Below, piece after piece: positions 8,794 through 19,831 of a stretch of DNA of 64,000 nucleotides (position 1 is the first letter of the stretch; each line of letters begins with the position of its first letter). A program made the translations under genes and the position numbers. This DNA is from Deltaproteobacteria bacterium (lineage in GTDB: Bacteria > Desulfobacterota_D > UBA1144 > Nemesobacterales > CSP1-2), in contig JBQTHB010000007.1 in the NCBI GenBank assembly GCA_052390235.1, forward strand, positions 77,185 through 141,184, given 5' to 3'. Below the pieces are notes generated by a model. The model made no database searches. It had not been told where the DNA came from and saw only the letters and a list, made by a program, of their open reading frames with translations.

Positions 8794-10065
8794 TTATTCG
8801 ATTCCAAGTTTCCTGCGGAGTTTCGTTACGTCAAAGTACGGCTCGCCGTGGTCTCTGGAGTAATTATATAGGCTCTCAAGTTCGTCAAGTATGGATTCGA
8901 GCTTCTGCCTTCCGGATTTTGTGCCAGCGGCTTCATTTGGGGTTTTGCCGTCAAGGTCTCCAAGGGGCTTATGCACCCACTCATCGTAATAGGCATCAAA
9001 CTCGGAGTCGGGTTTTTTATCAGCGGCGCTTTTCCTTTTCTTCCGGGGGGATTTTATCTTGGGCGAGGCATCGGGTGTTGCGATTTTATCCGCGATGTAG
9101 GTGATGGCATCTTTGAGGGTTTCATCTATTAGATTCTTTATTTTTGAGAGCGACTCTGCGGAATGGCACTGAACCAGTAGTTTATCGGGTTCTAGTTCGA
9201 TGCTTCCCAGAAGCTCTGCCGCGCCGCCCCCTCTGCGCCACGAGAAAACTCTCAGGTCGTCCGTGCCGCCTTTGATTTCCTCGAGAGAGGGTATTTTTCT
9301 AATCTCCCTCAGGGCTTTTGCGTAGTTCTCAACGCTGTAGGTGGCGCTTGCGAAGATGAGCGCGTCCCCATCGGGGGTGAGGAATTTCGGGTTTTTAGCC
9401 GCCTCCTCTACAAAGTGGGAGATTAGAAATCCCCAGTCCTTGAGGTATTCCTTTGCCGATTTGCGGCTTCCGAAGGTTTTTCTGTACTCTCTGAATTCGT
9501 TTTGAAAAAAGTCGAGGATGAGGGGCTTGAGCGGCGCGGGATAAACCATTATGACGGATGCAAAATGGCAGCTAGAACCGGTTTTAAGCGCTCTGCCCTC
9601 GACGATACTCCCTGCCGAGATTTGCCCCGCCGCCGCCTCGCTAATTCTCAGCGCCTCGCCGGTGAAGATGTCGCGCCCTGTAAATCCCTTGTTGGCGGTT
9701 ACCTCCTCGACCTCAAAAAAACTGTGGATATTTGCCGCCCACTCGCCGAGAAGCGCCCTTTCAATTTTAGATAGATTTTCACTCTCCCCCTCGCCGAACG
9801 CCTCTATAACCCTTTTGCCCGAATCGAGGAGTTTAAAATCGTAAATGAACCAATCGAAAAATCTGGTGAACGTGAGGTCGTCAATCTGGTCTTCGCGGAT
9901 TTTTGATTTGACCAGGCTCGCGTTTCCTTTCCAGATATAAAATGCCTCGCCAATTTGAGCCTGTATTTCGGGGCGGCGAGAGAACTCGACGAGCTTCGCC
10001 CTGAGTTCCTTATCCGCCTGCTCGAATTTGTACTGATTCAGGTCAATTATCGGGGCGTCCTTCAT
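8794..10065 (-). CDS. Hypothetical protein with C-terminal Xre/MbcA/ParS-like motif
   Basis: FFDWFIYD, SFFEVEEV, and C-terminal WVHKPLGDLDGKTPNEAA; start moved to ATG 10065 because the ORF-track TTG is part of the -35 box. Confidence 0.55.
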   Translation of the reverse strand: MKDAPIIDLNQYKFEQADKELRAKLVEFSRRPEIQAQIGEAFYIWKGNASLVKSKIREDQIDDLTFTRFFDWFIYDFKLLDSGKRVIEAFGEGESENLSKIERALLGEWAANIHSFFEVEEVTANKGFTGRDIFTGEALRISEAAAGQISAGSIVEGRALKTGSSCHFASVIMVYPAPLKPLILDFFQNEFREYRKTFGSRKSAKEYLKDWGFLISHFVEEAAKNPKFLTPDGDALIFASATYSVENYAKALREIRKIPSLEEIKGGTDDLRVFSWRRGGGAAELLGSIELEPDKLLVQCHSAESLSKIKNLIDETLKDAITYIADKIATPDASPKIKSPRKKRKSAADKKPDSEFDAYYDEWVHKPLGDLDGKTPNEAAGTKSGRQKLESILDELESLYNYSRDHGEPYFDVTKLRRKLGIE

Positions 10066-10097
10066 GGGAATTAAATTATATGACCGCAAGCCGAGTG

Positions 10098-10568
10098 TCA
10101 ATCTTGGGGCTGGCCGCCAAAAAGGCTCTCCAGCGCGGCTCTGCGGTAGTCAAAAATCCGGTTCAACTCCCCCTTGACGATGAGTTTATTGATAAAATCT
10201 CCGGCTATTCCAAATCCGATGGCGTAGTGAACTATGTCGTCCATTTCAACCCCTCCGTCTGTTTCATGAAACAGGTGCGCGTGATGCCAAAATCTGTAGG
10301 GGCCAAATCTCTGCTCATCTACAAACAGATGCGGCTCTACAACGTGAGTAATTTCCGTAACCCAGCTTACGGGGATGGAGAAAAAGGGGCTCACGGTGTA
10401 GGTGAGGATTGAGCCGGGATAGATTTTTACAGGAGTATTGGAGGTTATTTTAAGTCCCAGCGATTTCGGGGTTATGTCGGGCAGATTTCTAGGGTCTGAG
10501 AAAAAATCCCACGCCTTTTTAACTGATATATCGAGGCGCTGACGTCTCTCGAGGCGATGGATTTTCAT
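10098..10568 (-). CDS. SRPBCC family protein
   Basis: WDFFSDPRNLPDITP, WVTEITHV, FVDEQRFGPYRFWHHAHLF. Confidence 0.85.
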   Translation of the reverse strand: MKIHRLERRQRLDISVKKAWDFFSDPRNLPDITPKSLGLKITSNTPVKIYPGSILTYTVSPFFSIPVSWVTEITHVVEPHLFVDEQRFGPYRFWHHAHLFHETDGGVEMDDIVHYAIGFGIAGDFINKLIVKGELNRIFDYRRAALESLFGGQPQD

Positions 10569-10617
10569 CTATAGCGAGATTCCTGCGCGATGTGCGCGGT
10601 GATTTGCTCTCTGCTCC

Positions 10618-11817
10618 CTACTTCATAGAGTCCGAATCTGGAGGATTAGCTAGCCCTATCCATCCCCAAATTAATATAAGCGCGACGCTCGCAACTATCG
10701 GTAGCCTGTGATTCGCGTCATAGAGAATGCCGGCGAGCATCCCCCCGACGGCGGAGCCTAAAAATCCGGCGAGATTATAAAATCCAGTTGCCGAGCCGCG
10801 CTGCGCGGGGTTTACCCTCTGCGTCAGGAACGCGGGCAGAAGCGATTGAAACAGCGTGTGCCCGAGGAAGAACACTATTCCCGTCCCAAGGAGCGTCCAT
10901 CTGTGAGCCCCGCCAACGAGATAGGCAACAAAACTCAGTACGAGAAAAACCCAGCCCAAAAGGGACGGTATCCTGAGTTTTCCCCTTTTTTCTGCGCGCC
11001 TCACGTAGGGAAACACGAAAAGAGCCGTGGGTAGCAGAAGTATGAGGTAAACCTTCCAGAGGCTCTCCCCGCCAACGCCGATTTCGCTCCAACTGAGCGG
11101 ATATATGAAGAGGAATACGTTCAGCGCGAGGGCGATGATAAACGAGGCGAGATAGAGCTTTTTTATCTCTGAGTCGTTAATTAGCCCTGAGAACTGTGAT
11201 TTCCATCCTGCGTTTGAGGATTTCGCCGAGCCGATTTCGGGGAAATAGAGCGCCGTTACAATCATCGAAAAAACGCTGAGCGCGGCAAGAGCGTAGAACA
11301 GGCTATGAAACCCGAAACGCGATGCGATAATGGGCCCACCCAAAAGCCCCACGATGAAAGAAACCCCGATGGCGATGCCGCTTATGGTGAAAGCCTGCGC
11401 GCGCACCTGAGGTCTCGTTAAATCCCCCAAAGCCGCCATTGCCACAGCGCCTACAGCCCCGCTTCCCTGGAGGACGCGCGCGAGAATAAGCTGGTTGATA
11501 TTCTCGGCTAATCCGCAGACGACGCTCCCCAGAGCCAGTATGAATAGCCCGAAGAGGATGACCGGCTTTCTGCCAAACCTGTCGCTCGCCCATCCGAAGG
11601 GTATTTGTAGAAAGCTCTGCGCGAGGGCGTAGATGCCAAACGCAATGCCGGCGAGGCTGACAGTCGCTCCGGGGTACTGCACGGCGTAGGTGCTGAATAT
11701 GGGCAGAATGAGAAATATGCCCAGAAGCCGCAGGGCGATGATGAGGCTGGTTATCGTAACTGCCTGCTTTTCTTGATGAGTTAGCTTTGAGTCGGGGTTC
11801 AGGGTGGTGTCCGCCAT
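10618..11817 (-). CDS. MFS transporter (YajR-like)
   Basis: 12 hydrophobic segments; QIPFGWASDRFGRKPV motif A; ARVLQGSGAV. Confidence 0.9.
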   Translation of the reverse strand: MADTTLNPDSKLTHQEKQAVTITSLIIALRLLGIFLILPIFSTYAVQYPGATVSLAGIAFGIYALAQSFLQIPFGWASDRFGRKPVILFGLFILALGSVVCGLAENINQLILARVLQGSGAVGAVAMAALGDLTRPQVRAQAFTISGIAIGVSFIVGLLGGPIIASRFGFHSLFYALAALSVFSMIVTALYFPEIGSAKSSNAGWKSQFSGLINDSEIKKLYLASFIIALALNVFLFIYPLSWSEIGVGGESLWKVYLILLLPTALFVFPYVRRAEKRGKLRIPSLLGWVFLVLSFVAYLVGGAHRWTLLGTGIVFFLGHTLFQSLLPAFLTQRVNPAQRGSATGFYNLAGFLGSAVGGMLAGILYDANHRLPIVASVALILIWGWIGLANPPDSDSMK

Positions 11818-11950
11818 TGGGGATTGAAGGGATTTGTCCGGCTAAGGGGCCAGCGCATAGTTAATTTACCATATCGGGCGGGTAATTAAAGTTCCCCCCC
11901 CGCTCCTCAGTATTTGCTTACGCGCCCGTGGTTGGTTAGTTTAGTCTCTC

Positions 11951-13120
11951 ATGAACCGAGACGAATTGAACGGAAAACCGCTTGCGTCCTACCGCGAGGA
12001 GTTTTCGATAACTGAAAAACGCCTATATCTCGACCATGCCGGAGTCGCCCCGCTACCGAGTAGGGTCAAGCGCGCAGTCGAGGGATTTATTGAATCTGCG
12101 TCCGACGATGCGATGTTTGCCTACGACACTTGGACGGCAAAGGTTGAAGAGGTCAGGGGGGCGGCGGCGCGGTTGATTAACGCCGAGCCGCAAGACGTTG
12201 CGTTTCTCAAGAACACATCGCACGGGCTGTCCATTATAGCCGAGGGGCTGGATTGGCGGGAGGGGGACAACGTCATCATCGCCGAGCGGGATTTTCCCTC
12301 GAATCTCTACCCGTGGCTTCATCTGAAGCGAAAGGGGGTTGAGGCGAGGAGCGTTAAGCCGCGGGGAGTCGAAATCTGCGTTGAGGACGTTGCCGCGCTC
12401 ATGGACGAGCGCACGAGGGTCGTGAGCATAAGCTCGGTGCAGTTTTGGAGCGGCTACAGGGTGAATCTCAAAAAGCTGGGCGCGCTTTGCAGGGAGCGCG
12501 GCGCGCTTTTCTGCCTTGACGCCATTCAGAGTCTCGGCGTCGTGCCAACTGACGTTCGGGATTTAGGGGTTGATGTTCTCTCGGCGGACGGGCATAAGTG
12601 GCTACTTGCGCCGGAGGGGACTGCGATATTCTACTGCAAAAGGGAATTGGCAGAACGCGTCCCGCCGATGCTTGTGGGCTGGAAGAGCATCCAAAACGAA
12701 CTCGACTACGATAACTTTGATTTCTCTCTCAAGCCGAGCGCGCTTAAGTACGAGGAGGGGTCGCTCAACGTCATGGGGATTTACGCCCTCGGAGCGGCGC
12801 TTGAGCTTCTCGCCGAGGTCGGAGCAGATAGGGTTTACGCCGGAGTGATTGAGCTTGGGGGGGTAATTATGGATGAAGCCGAAAAAAGGGGGTTTCACGT
12901 GAGAACCCCCCGAAACCCCGACGAGCGCGCGGGGATAATATCGTTCACGGGCGAATTTGACCCTCTCCTGCTGAAAGAGACACTCAAGGAGCGGGGAATT
13001 ATGATAAATGTCAGGGGAGGGGGCGTGCGCGTGTCTCCTCATTTCTATAACGACGAGCGGGATATTGAGAGGTTATTTGACGGAATAGACGAATCCCTAA
13101 AATCCCTCGCCATGCGCTGA
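11951..13120 (+). CDS. Aminotransferase class V PLP enzyme (cysteine desulfurase/lyase-like)
   Basis: YLDHAGVAP, LDAIQSLG, ADGHKWLLAP PLP lysine, VRVSPHFYN. Confidence 0.85.
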   Translation: MNRDELNGKPLASYREEFSITEKRLYLDHAGVAPLPSRVKRAVEGFIESASDDAMFAYDTWTAKVEEVRGAAARLINAEPQDVAFLKNTSHGLSIIAEGLDWREGDNVIIAERDFPSNLYPWLHLKRKGVEARSVKPRGVEICVEDVAALMDERTRVVSISSVQFWSGYRVNLKKLGALCRERGALFCLDAIQSLGVVPTDVRDLGVDVLSADGHKWLLAPEGTAIFYCKRELAERVPPMLVGWKSIQNELDYDNFDFSLKPSALKYEEGSLNVMGIYALGAALELLAEVGADRVYAGVIELGGVIMDEAEKRGFHVRTPRNPDERAGIISFTGEFDPLLLKETLKERGIMINVRGGGVRVSPHFYNDERDIERLFDGIDESLKSLAMR

Positions 13121-13176
13121 AACCGGTTTGCGTTTCTGGAGTTAAAATTAACAAACTAAAAATCTGCGAGGATAAG

Positions 13177-13716
13177 ATGAAAATTCACAAGCGTCCGATG
13201 TTCTTCGGGTTGATACTATTGGCTTTTTTTACCCTGACCTCCTGCGCCGGCTATCAAACCGTGGGACAGCCCCTGCCGCCTCCTGCGCCCCTGCCCGTCC
13301 CCGACGAGCCGGTGATTTCTGAATCCCCAACGGAGCTAAAAATTCAGCTCGACGGCGACGTTCTCTTTGATTTTGACAGAGCGATAATCCGTCCCAAAGC
13401 CGATGCTGTGCTTGAGCAAGTCGCCGAGATTATCAAGCAGTATCAAAACCCCGATATTCTCATCGGGGGGCATACCGACTCCAGAGGCGAAGAGAACTAT
13501 AACCTCGACCTCTCCGACAGGCGCGCCGTTGCCGTTAAGGACTGGCTCATAAAAAAGGGCAGGGTGTCGGGAAGAATAGTTACCCGCGGATACGGCGAGC
13601 TTAAACCCGTAGCCCCGAACGAAAATCCAGACGGAAGCGACAACCCCGAAGGTAGGCAGTCGAACCGCCGAGTGGAAATTATCGTGAAAAAAGAGACTTT
13701 CTCGCCGAAAAGCTAG
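13177..13716 (+). CDS. OmpA-family peptidoglycan-binding lipoprotein
   Basis: Lipobox LTSC, VLFDFD, GHTDSRG, YNLDLSDRRA, NRRVEI. Confidence 0.9.
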   Translation: MKIHKRPMFFGLILLAFFTLTSCAGYQTVGQPLPPPAPLPVPDEPVISESPTELKIQLDGDVLFDFDRAIIRPKADAVLEQVAEIIKQYQNPDILIGGHTDSRGEENYNLDLSDRRAVAVKDWLIKKGRVSGRIVTRGYGELKPVAPNENPDGSDNPEGRQSNRRVEIIVKKETFSPKS

Positions 13717-13727
13717 ACAATCCAATT

Positions 13728-13767
13728 GGGGGATGAGAGGCGAGGCGCTCTTTACCTCTCCCCTCCC
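13728..13767. terminator. Possible hairpin between convergent ompA-like and mscS-like genes
   Basis: GAGAGG 13735-13740 / CCTCTC 13755-13760 with flanking G/C runs; imperfect. Confidence 0.35.
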
Positions 13768-14780
13768 TACGGTTTTTTGGAGCCGGAATCAGAGACCCTG
13801 CCCGCGATTTTATCGAGAGCCTCATCAACCGTAATCTCGTTTTTATCCGCCGCTTTTTTGACGGAGGCTAAAATTTCATTCGTCGCCCCGGCTTCCGGCA
13901 ATTTCGTGGCTTCCCCCGCGCTGATGCTCACATTCGAGGTTGGCATCTCGATACCGCGCTGGTCGAAGGCGTTTTTGATTCTGCGCCTCAGTTCCCTGCC
14001 CACATCCCACTGCTTCATGGGCTGGGTTTTAACCAGGCATCTGACCACGACCTCCGAGGGCCCAAATCTGTCAACGCCCAAAACAAGAGGCGGCTCTAGG
14101 ATGAACGAGGCGAAATTCTCGTCCTTTGATAATTTCTCGCCGACCTCTCTTATGACCCGCATCACATAGTCAATGTTTTCCTTGTAGCCCACGCCTACGT
14201 CTATCACGCACCTAGACCAGCCCATGCTCTTGTTGCCGAGCGTGCTTATCGTGCCATTGGGAAATACATAGACCGTCCCTTCGATGTCTCTCACTACAAT
14301 GGTTCTGAGGTTTATCTCTTCCACAGAGCCGCTCACGCCGTTTATAACGACGGCGTCCCCGATGCGCACTTGGTTCTCCATGATGATGAAAAATCCGCTG
14401 ATGATGTCCCGCACGAGGTTCTGAGAGCCAAAACCGACGGCTAAGCCTAGGATTCCCGCTCCTGCAATTATGGGGGCGATGTCCACCCCGACCTCTTTGA
14501 ATATCATCATAAAGGCGATGATAAAAACGGCGACAGTAGCCGCTTTTCTGAGCAGATTTCCGAGGGTTTTTATCCTTTTTTCGGTCTCAATGGCGGATGT
14601 GAACCCGCCCTCTTTGCGTGCAGCGAGGGCTTCAACCCTTCCCACTAGAGTCGAGAGGAATTTGAGCGCGATATAGGCGGCGGCGGCGATAATGAGGATT
14701 CTCAAGCCAGAAGCGGCGGCTGTGGCGGTGGCGGCGCTCAGAGCATCATGGGATAACAAATTTGACAGCAAACCGGACAT
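13767..14780 (-). CDS. Small-conductance mechanosensitive channel (MscS/YbiO-like)
   Basis: IAGAGILGLAVGFGSQNLVRDIISGFFI, GSVEEINLRT, FPNGTI. Confidence 0.9.
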   Translation of the reverse strand: MSGLLSNLLSHDALSAATATAAASGLRILIIAAAAYIALKFLSTLVGRVEALAARKEGGFTSAIETEKRIKTLGNLLRKAATVAVFIIAFMMIFKEVGVDIAPIIAGAGILGLAVGFGSQNLVRDIISGFFIIMENQVRIGDAVVINGVSGSVEEINLRTIVVRDIEGTVYVFPNGTISTLGNKSMGWSRCVIDVGVGYKENIDYVMRVIREVGEKLSKDENFASFILEPPLVLGVDRFGPSEVVVRCLVKTQPMKQWDVGRELRRRIKNAFDQRGIEMPTSNVSISAGEATKLPEAGATNEILASVKKAADKNEITVDEALDKIAGRVSDSGSKKP

Positions 14781-14949
14781 TCTCTCGGATTTACCTCCTT
14801 AGCTGATTTGCCGGCCGGAGCTTGAAACGGCTTCAGGGCAGATGAGCCGCTGGGGGGTTAATTTTCTCGGCAATTATAACCACAGCGTCTCGATTAACCA
14901 AATCCCCGTGAATTTGCAACTCCCTTTGCGGTGATATAAAATCCCCTCC

Positions 14950-16020
14950 ATGGCTGGAAATTCATTCGGGCAGGTTTTTCGCATTACCACTTGGGGCGAG
15001 TCCCATGGGGCGGCTCTGGGGGTCGTCGTTGACGGCTGTCCTGCGGGGCTTCTGATAGAGGAGGCGGATATTCAACTCGAATTAGACCGCCGCCGTCCCG
15101 GGCAAAGCGCCCTCACCACCCAGAGAAAAGAGGCGGACAGGGTCGAAATCCTATCCGGCGTGTTTCAGGGAAAAACCCTCGGCACTCCAATCGCCCTTCT
15201 CGTGAGAAACGAAGACGCCATCTCGAAATCCTACGAGGATATAAGGGATATTTACCGCCCAGGACATGCCGATTTTACATATGACGCCAAGTACGGATTC
15301 CGGGACTATAGGGGCGGAGGCAGGTCTTCGGCTAGGGAGACCGTAGGCAGAGTCGCCGCCGCCGCAATAGCCAAAAAAATTCTCAATCTCCACGGAATTA
15401 CAACTACGGGCTACGTCAGGCAAATAGGAAACATCATTGCCGAGCGAATTGATTTTGACTACATCGAGCAGAACCCCGCCAGATGTCCAGACCCGGATAA
15501 AGCGGCGCAGATGGCGAAACTCATTGATACGGTCAGGCGCGAGGGGGATTCCATAGGGGGCATAGTTGAGGTCGTCTCGAGAGGAGTACCCGAAGGGTTG
15601 GGAGACCCGGTGTTCCATAAAATTGACGCAGACCTCGCGGCGGGGCTTATGAGCATAGGCGGAATCAGGGCGTTTGAGGTCGGAATGGGTTTCGGCGTTG
15701 CGAGCAAAAGGGGGTCTGAGGTAAACGACCTGATGTACTCAGATGATTCGGGCAACCTCGGATTTATGACGAATAATTCGGGCGGCATCCTCGGCGGCAT
15801 CACGAGCGGGGCTGAGATGGTCGTGAGAATTGCTGTAAAGCCCACGTCCTCCATCCCAAAGGTGCAAAAAACCGTTGATAGGTTCGGCAATCCGGCGGAT
15901 TTAGTCGTCAAGGGCAGACACGACCCGTGCCTGTGTCCTAGAGCCGTGCCGATAGCCGAGGCGATGGTGAATCTGGTGCTGGCGGATCATCTACTGATGT
16001 CCAAAATTGCGAGAATCTAG
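14950..16020 (+). CDS. aroC: Chorismate synthase
   Basis: [37 protein letters not shown]. Confidence 0.97.
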   Translation: MAGNSFGQVFRITTWGESHGAALGVVVDGCPAGLLIEEADIQLELDRRRPGQSALTTQRKEADRVEILSGVFQGKTLGTPIALLVRNEDAISKSYEDIRDIYRPGHADFTYDAKYGFRDYRGGGRSSARETVGRVAAAAIAKKILNLHGITTTGYVRQIGNIIAERIDFDYIEQNPARCPDPDKAAQMAKLIDTVRREGDSIGGIVEVVSRGVPEGLGDPVFHKIDADLAAGLMSIGGIRAFEVGMGFGVASKRGSEVNDLMYSDDSGNLGFMTNNSGGILGGITSGAEMVVRIAVKPTSSIPKVQKTVDRFGNPADLVVKGRHDPCLCPRAVPIAEAMVNLVLADHLLMSKIARI

Positions 16021-16110
16021 CTGGGGCTAGATCTGTCATATATCGCAAGGTGAACTATCTAAAATTTACGGATGCGATAATTCGAGGCAAAAAATCTTTT
16101 GGAGGCAGTC

Positions 16111-16635
16111 ATGAGGCTCAAGGGTAAAAAAGCCGTCGTGCTGGCGGAAAATATTTATGAGGATTTAGAACTCTGGTATCCGTACTACCGCCTCAGGGAA
16201 GAGGGCGCCGAGGTTCTCATCGCAGGCACTGGAAGCTCCGAGACTTACACGGGCAAGCACGGCTATCCGCTCAAGGTCAATACCTCGGCGGATAAAGTCC
16301 GGGCAGAGGATTTCGACTGCGTGATAATCCCTGGCGGCTATGCTCCCGACCATATGCGCCGCTATCCTGCGGTGCTGAATTTGGTCAAGGGCGCGTTGGA
16401 GCGAGGCGCTGTAGTCGGGGCAATATGCCATGCCGGATGGGTGCTGGTCTCGGCAAACGTGCTGAAAGGCAGAAAAGTAACGTGCTACGTCGCCATTAAA
16501 GACGATATAATTAACGCCGGAGCCGAGTACACGGACGCCGAAGTTATCAGAGACGGCAATCTCATTACGTCCAGAAGACCGGCCGATTTGCCCGCTTTCA
16601 TGCGTGAGATTATTGCCGCCATGAGCGGGTCGTGA
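16111..16635 (+). CDS. PfpI/DJ-1 family protein
   Basis: YEDLELWYPYYRL, IPGGYAPD, AICHAGW, ITSRRPADL; GGAGG RBS before ATG 16111. Confidence 0.9.
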   Translation: MRLKGKKAVVLAENIYEDLELWYPYYRLREEGAEVLIAGTGSSETYTGKHGYPLKVNTSADKVRAEDFDCVIIPGGYAPDHMRRYPAVLNLVKGALERGAVVGAICHAGWVLVSANVLKGRKVTCYVAIKDDIINAGAEYTDAEVIRDGNLITSRRPADLPAFMREIIAAMSGS

Positions 16636-16685
16636 GGGCGGCGCGCTTTCTTGACAATCAGTGCGTATAACATAGTCTATTAACA

Positions 16686-17042
16686 ATGGCTTCCGCTTAT
16701 ATTCCGATACTTATAATACTCGTTCTCTCGGTCGGCTTAGCCGCCCTGCTGATTACTATCTCTCACTTTTTGGGGCCTAAACGCTATGAAAAGGGGAAGC
16801 TCTCGCCCTATGAGTGCGGGGTCAAGCCCGTGGGCGACGCGAGGGAGAGGTTCTCGATGCGATATTACGTTATAGCCGCCCTTTTCATATTATTCGACGT
16901 CGAGATTGTATTTTTATTTGCGTGGGCGGTTGTATTTAAAAAACTCGGCGTGCTTGCCTTTGTTGAGATAATAGCGTTTTTCATCGTCATCCTAGCCGGT
17001 TATTTCTATGTTCTGAAGAAGGAGGCGCTCAAATGGGAGTGA
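16686..17042 (+). CDS. nuoA: NADH-quinone oxidoreductase subunit A
   Basis: [18 protein letters not shown]. Confidence 0.95.
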   Translation: MASAYIPILIILVLSVGLAALLITISHFLGPKRYEKGKLSPYECGVKPVGDARERFSMRYYVIAALFILFDVEIVFLFAWAVVFKKLGVLAFVEIIAFFIVILAGYFYVLKKEALKWE

Positions 17043-17512
17043 ATTCTGCACTAGGCGGCGAGGGGTTCTTGCTCACGCAAATAAGCGCCGTCGCAAATTG
17101 GGGAAGAAAAAACAGCCTCTGGCCCATGCCGTTTGGGACGGCTTGCTGCGCCATAGAGATGATGGGAGTTTTTGCTTCTCGGTTTGACCTCTCGAGGTTC
17201 GGCGCCGAGGTTGCCAGGTTTTCTCCGCGCCAAGCTGACCTCATGATAGTCTCAGGCACGATAACCTATAAAATGGCTTCTGTCTGCCGCAAGATTTACG
17301 ACCAGATGCCCAATCCCAAGTGGGTTATTGCGATGGGTTCTTGCACCTGCGGCGGGGGCCCCTTTGACAGCTACGCCGTTGTGCAGGGGATTGACGAGTT
17401 TCTGCCCGTTGACGTCTATGTCGGCGGATGCCCTCCGAGACCCGAAGCTGTGATTGACGCAGTTATGAAGATACAGAAAAAAATTGACATCGAAGGGGCG
17501 CCAATAGTATGA
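17033..17512 (+). CDS. nuoB: NADH-quinone oxidoreductase subunit B
   Basis: [22 protein letters not shown]. Confidence 0.95.
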   Translation: MGVNSALGGEGFLLTQISAVANWGRKNSLWPMPFGTACCAIEMMGVFASRFDLSRFGAEVARFSPRQADLMIVSGTITYKMASVCRKIYDQMPNPKWVIAMGSCTCGGGPFDSYAVVQGIDEFLPVDVYVGGCPPRPEAVIDAVMKIQKKIDIEGAPIV

Positions 17513-18024
17513 GCTTTAGCGCGCAAGCCGCCGTTGATGCGATAGGGCAGGCGTTCCCCGGAGCGGTCTCGGATGCCTCTGTGTTCAGGGGCGAGACGAC
17601 GGTTTTCATTGATAAAGGGAAAGTCCGCACGGTCTGCCAATATCTAAAATCAGAGCTTAAATTCACCCTCATCGCCGACATCACCGCTGTGGACTATTTG
17701 GGAGTGAAATCCCCGCGATTTGAGATGGTTTACCTCCTCCATAGATTCGGCGCTGACTTCGATGAGAATATTAGGCTCAGGCTAAAGGCGGCTCTAAGCG
17801 AGGAGGACGCTAAAATTGATTCAGTAACTCCAGTATGGAGCGGCGCGGATTGGCTAGAGAGAGAGATTTTCGATATGTTCGGGATTGAATTCGCCGGTCA
17901 TCCAGACCTGAGGCGAATCCTAATGCCGGAGGATTACGAGCCTTTCCCGCTCAGAAAGGATTTCGACGTTAGAGACCGCGAGGCTTCCAAACGCTCTTTT
18001 AAGAGGGCTTTGGAAGAGGGTTAG
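17509..18024 (+). CDS. nuoC: NADH-quinone oxidoreductase subunit C
   Basis: [37 protein letters not shown]. Confidence 0.95.
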   Translation: MSFSAQAAVDAIGQAFPGAVSDASVFRGETTVFIDKGKVRTVCQYLKSELKFTLIADITAVDYLGVKSPRFEMVYLLHRFGADFDENIRLRLKAALSEEDAKIDSVTPVWSGADWLEREIFDMFGIEFAGHPDLRRILMPEDYEPFPLRKDFDVRDREASKRSFKRALEEG

Positions 18025-18042
18025 TTTTTTTCCGAGAAACCT

Positions 18043-19269
18043 ATGGAACGCATAGAATTTATTGCTGATAACGAGGGAGTGCAAAAGGGCGTCGTCCGTA
18101 CTGAGACCATGATGCTCAACATGGGTCCTCAGCACCCGTCCACTCACGGCGTGCTAAGGGTTGTCCTTCAGCTTGACGGCGAGGTGGTGGTAAAGGCTAT
18201 CCCCTACGTAGGCTACCTCCACAGGGGGATTGAAAAGCTCTGCGAGAATATCACCTATCAGATGTGCCTCCCCTACACGGACAGGATGGATTATCTCGCC
18301 TCTATTTGCAACAACATCGGCTACATCCTAGCCGTTGAGAAACTGCTCGGAATCGAAAAAGAGATACCAGAGCGGGCTAAGGTCGCCGAGGTCATCCTAT
18401 TTGAGCTAGGGCGGATAGAATCTCACCTAGTCGGCATCGGCACAAACGCCATGGATCTTGGGGCGATGAGCGCGTTTCTGTACTGCTTCAAGGAGCGCGA
18501 GAGAATTTATGACATCCTTGAGATGGTCTGCGGGGCGAGGCTCACCACTTCATACCCAAGGATAGGGGGGCTTCCCGACGACCTGCCCGAGAATTTTGAA
18601 GAGGCGATACGCAGTTTTCTCAAAATTTTCCCCAAAACCCTCGCCGAAGCCGATAAGCTGCTTACGAGAAATAGAATCTGGGTAGATAGGACTAAGTCGG
18701 TTGCCTACATAAGCGCGCAGGACGCCCTCGATTTGGGGCTTACCGGACCTGCCCTTCGTGGAAGCGGCGTTCCCTACGATGTGAGGAAGGCAATGCCATA
18801 CCTCGGATACGAGAATTACGATTTTGACGTTCCCGTCTCGAACGACGGCGACGCCTACGCGCGTTTTCTCTGCCGGTTTGAAGAGATGCGCCAGAGCCTT
18901 CGCATCATTCAGCAGGCGATAGATAACCTCCCCGATGGCCCATTTATTGCCGACCTGCCAGAAATTGTGCTTCCGAGGAAAGAGCTAACTTATACAAAGA
19001 TGGAGTCTCTCATCAGGCATTTCGTGCTGGTTTACGAGGGGATAAAGCCGCCCGCAGGCGAGATATATCACGCCGTGGAAAACCCCAAGGGCGAGCTTGG
19101 CTATTACCTCGTGAGCAACGGAACCGCAAAGCCCTACAGGATGCGCGTCAGGGGTCCCTCGTTTGTGAATATGCAGGCGCTCGGCAGGATGTCTGAGGGC
19201 AGACTCATCTCTGACGTTATAGCCGCCATTGGAAGTCTCGACATTGTCCTTGGCGAAATTGACAGATAG
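18043..19269 (+). CDS. nuoD: NADH-quinone oxidoreductase subunit D
   Basis: NMGPQHPSTHGVLR, GYLHRGIEK, ENPKGELG, DIVLGEIDR. Confidence 0.97.
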   Translation: MERIEFIADNEGVQKGVVRTETMMLNMGPQHPSTHGVLRVVLQLDGEVVVKAIPYVGYLHRGIEKLCENITYQMCLPYTDRMDYLASICNNIGYILAVEKLLGIEKEIPERAKVAEVILFELGRIESHLVGIGTNAMDLGAMSAFLYCFKERERIYDILEMVCGARLTTSYPRIGGLPDDLPENFEEAIRSFLKIFPKTLAEADKLLTRNRIWVDRTKSVAYISAQDALDLGLTGPALRGSGVPYDVRKAMPYLGYENYDFDVPVSNDGDAYARFLCRFEEMRQSLRIIQQAIDNLPDGPFIADLPEIVLPRKELTYTKMESLIRHFVLVYEGIKPPAGEIYHAVENPKGELGYYLVSNGTAKPYRMRVRGPSFVNMQALGRMSEGRLISDVIAAIGSLDIVLGEIDR

Positions 19270-19395
19270 CTTATAACTGCCCCCCCGCCTGCGAGTTTCC
19301 ATGGGATTACAGATGGATTCCCGATAAAGGCGCCTGACAGGGCTTAATAAATCTCGTCGAATTCAAGTTAATCAGCGGTTTTAAACTGGTTTTTC

Positions 19396-19722
19396 CTAAT
19401 TCGTAAGGCACATTTTCGAGATTTCCCGGCCGTCGCCCTTGTGGACGTGGACGCAGAACATCTGCCCCAGATCCTGTCCGCCTTTGATGACTACGTCCGA
19501 TGCGATATTCTTAGCCTTTTTCTCGTCAGCGCTAGATGACTTCACCCAGAGGTCAATGTGGTTTTTCCACTCTGCCCCCTCAACCCCTGATACCGAACCC
19601 TTGAGGGATTCGGCGAACTGGGCTTGGAGCTTATCGGGGGTGAATTGGTCATCTCCAAAATTCGCCTTGACAAGCGAGAAAATAACTAAAGCCGCCGCCG
19701 CAATTGATAATATATATCGCAT
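19396..19722 (-). CDS. Small secreted hypothetical protein
   Basis: AGGAGG RBS, N-terminal signal peptide, two C-terminal Cys. Confidence 0.6.
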   Translation of the reverse strand: MRYILSIAAAALVIFSLVKANFGDDQFTPDKLQAQFAESLKGSVSGVEGAEWKNHIDLWVKSSSADEKKAKNIASDVVIKGGQDLGQMFCVHVHKGDGREISKMCLTN

Positions 19723-19831
19723 TTTATATGCCTCCTATTTGTGGGGTAGCGCTTATTGCGCCCCTAATTGCTCTTGTCGCTTATTTCTCCGACCTCCGCC
19801 GAAAATACACACAGCACGCCCAGCATTTCGG

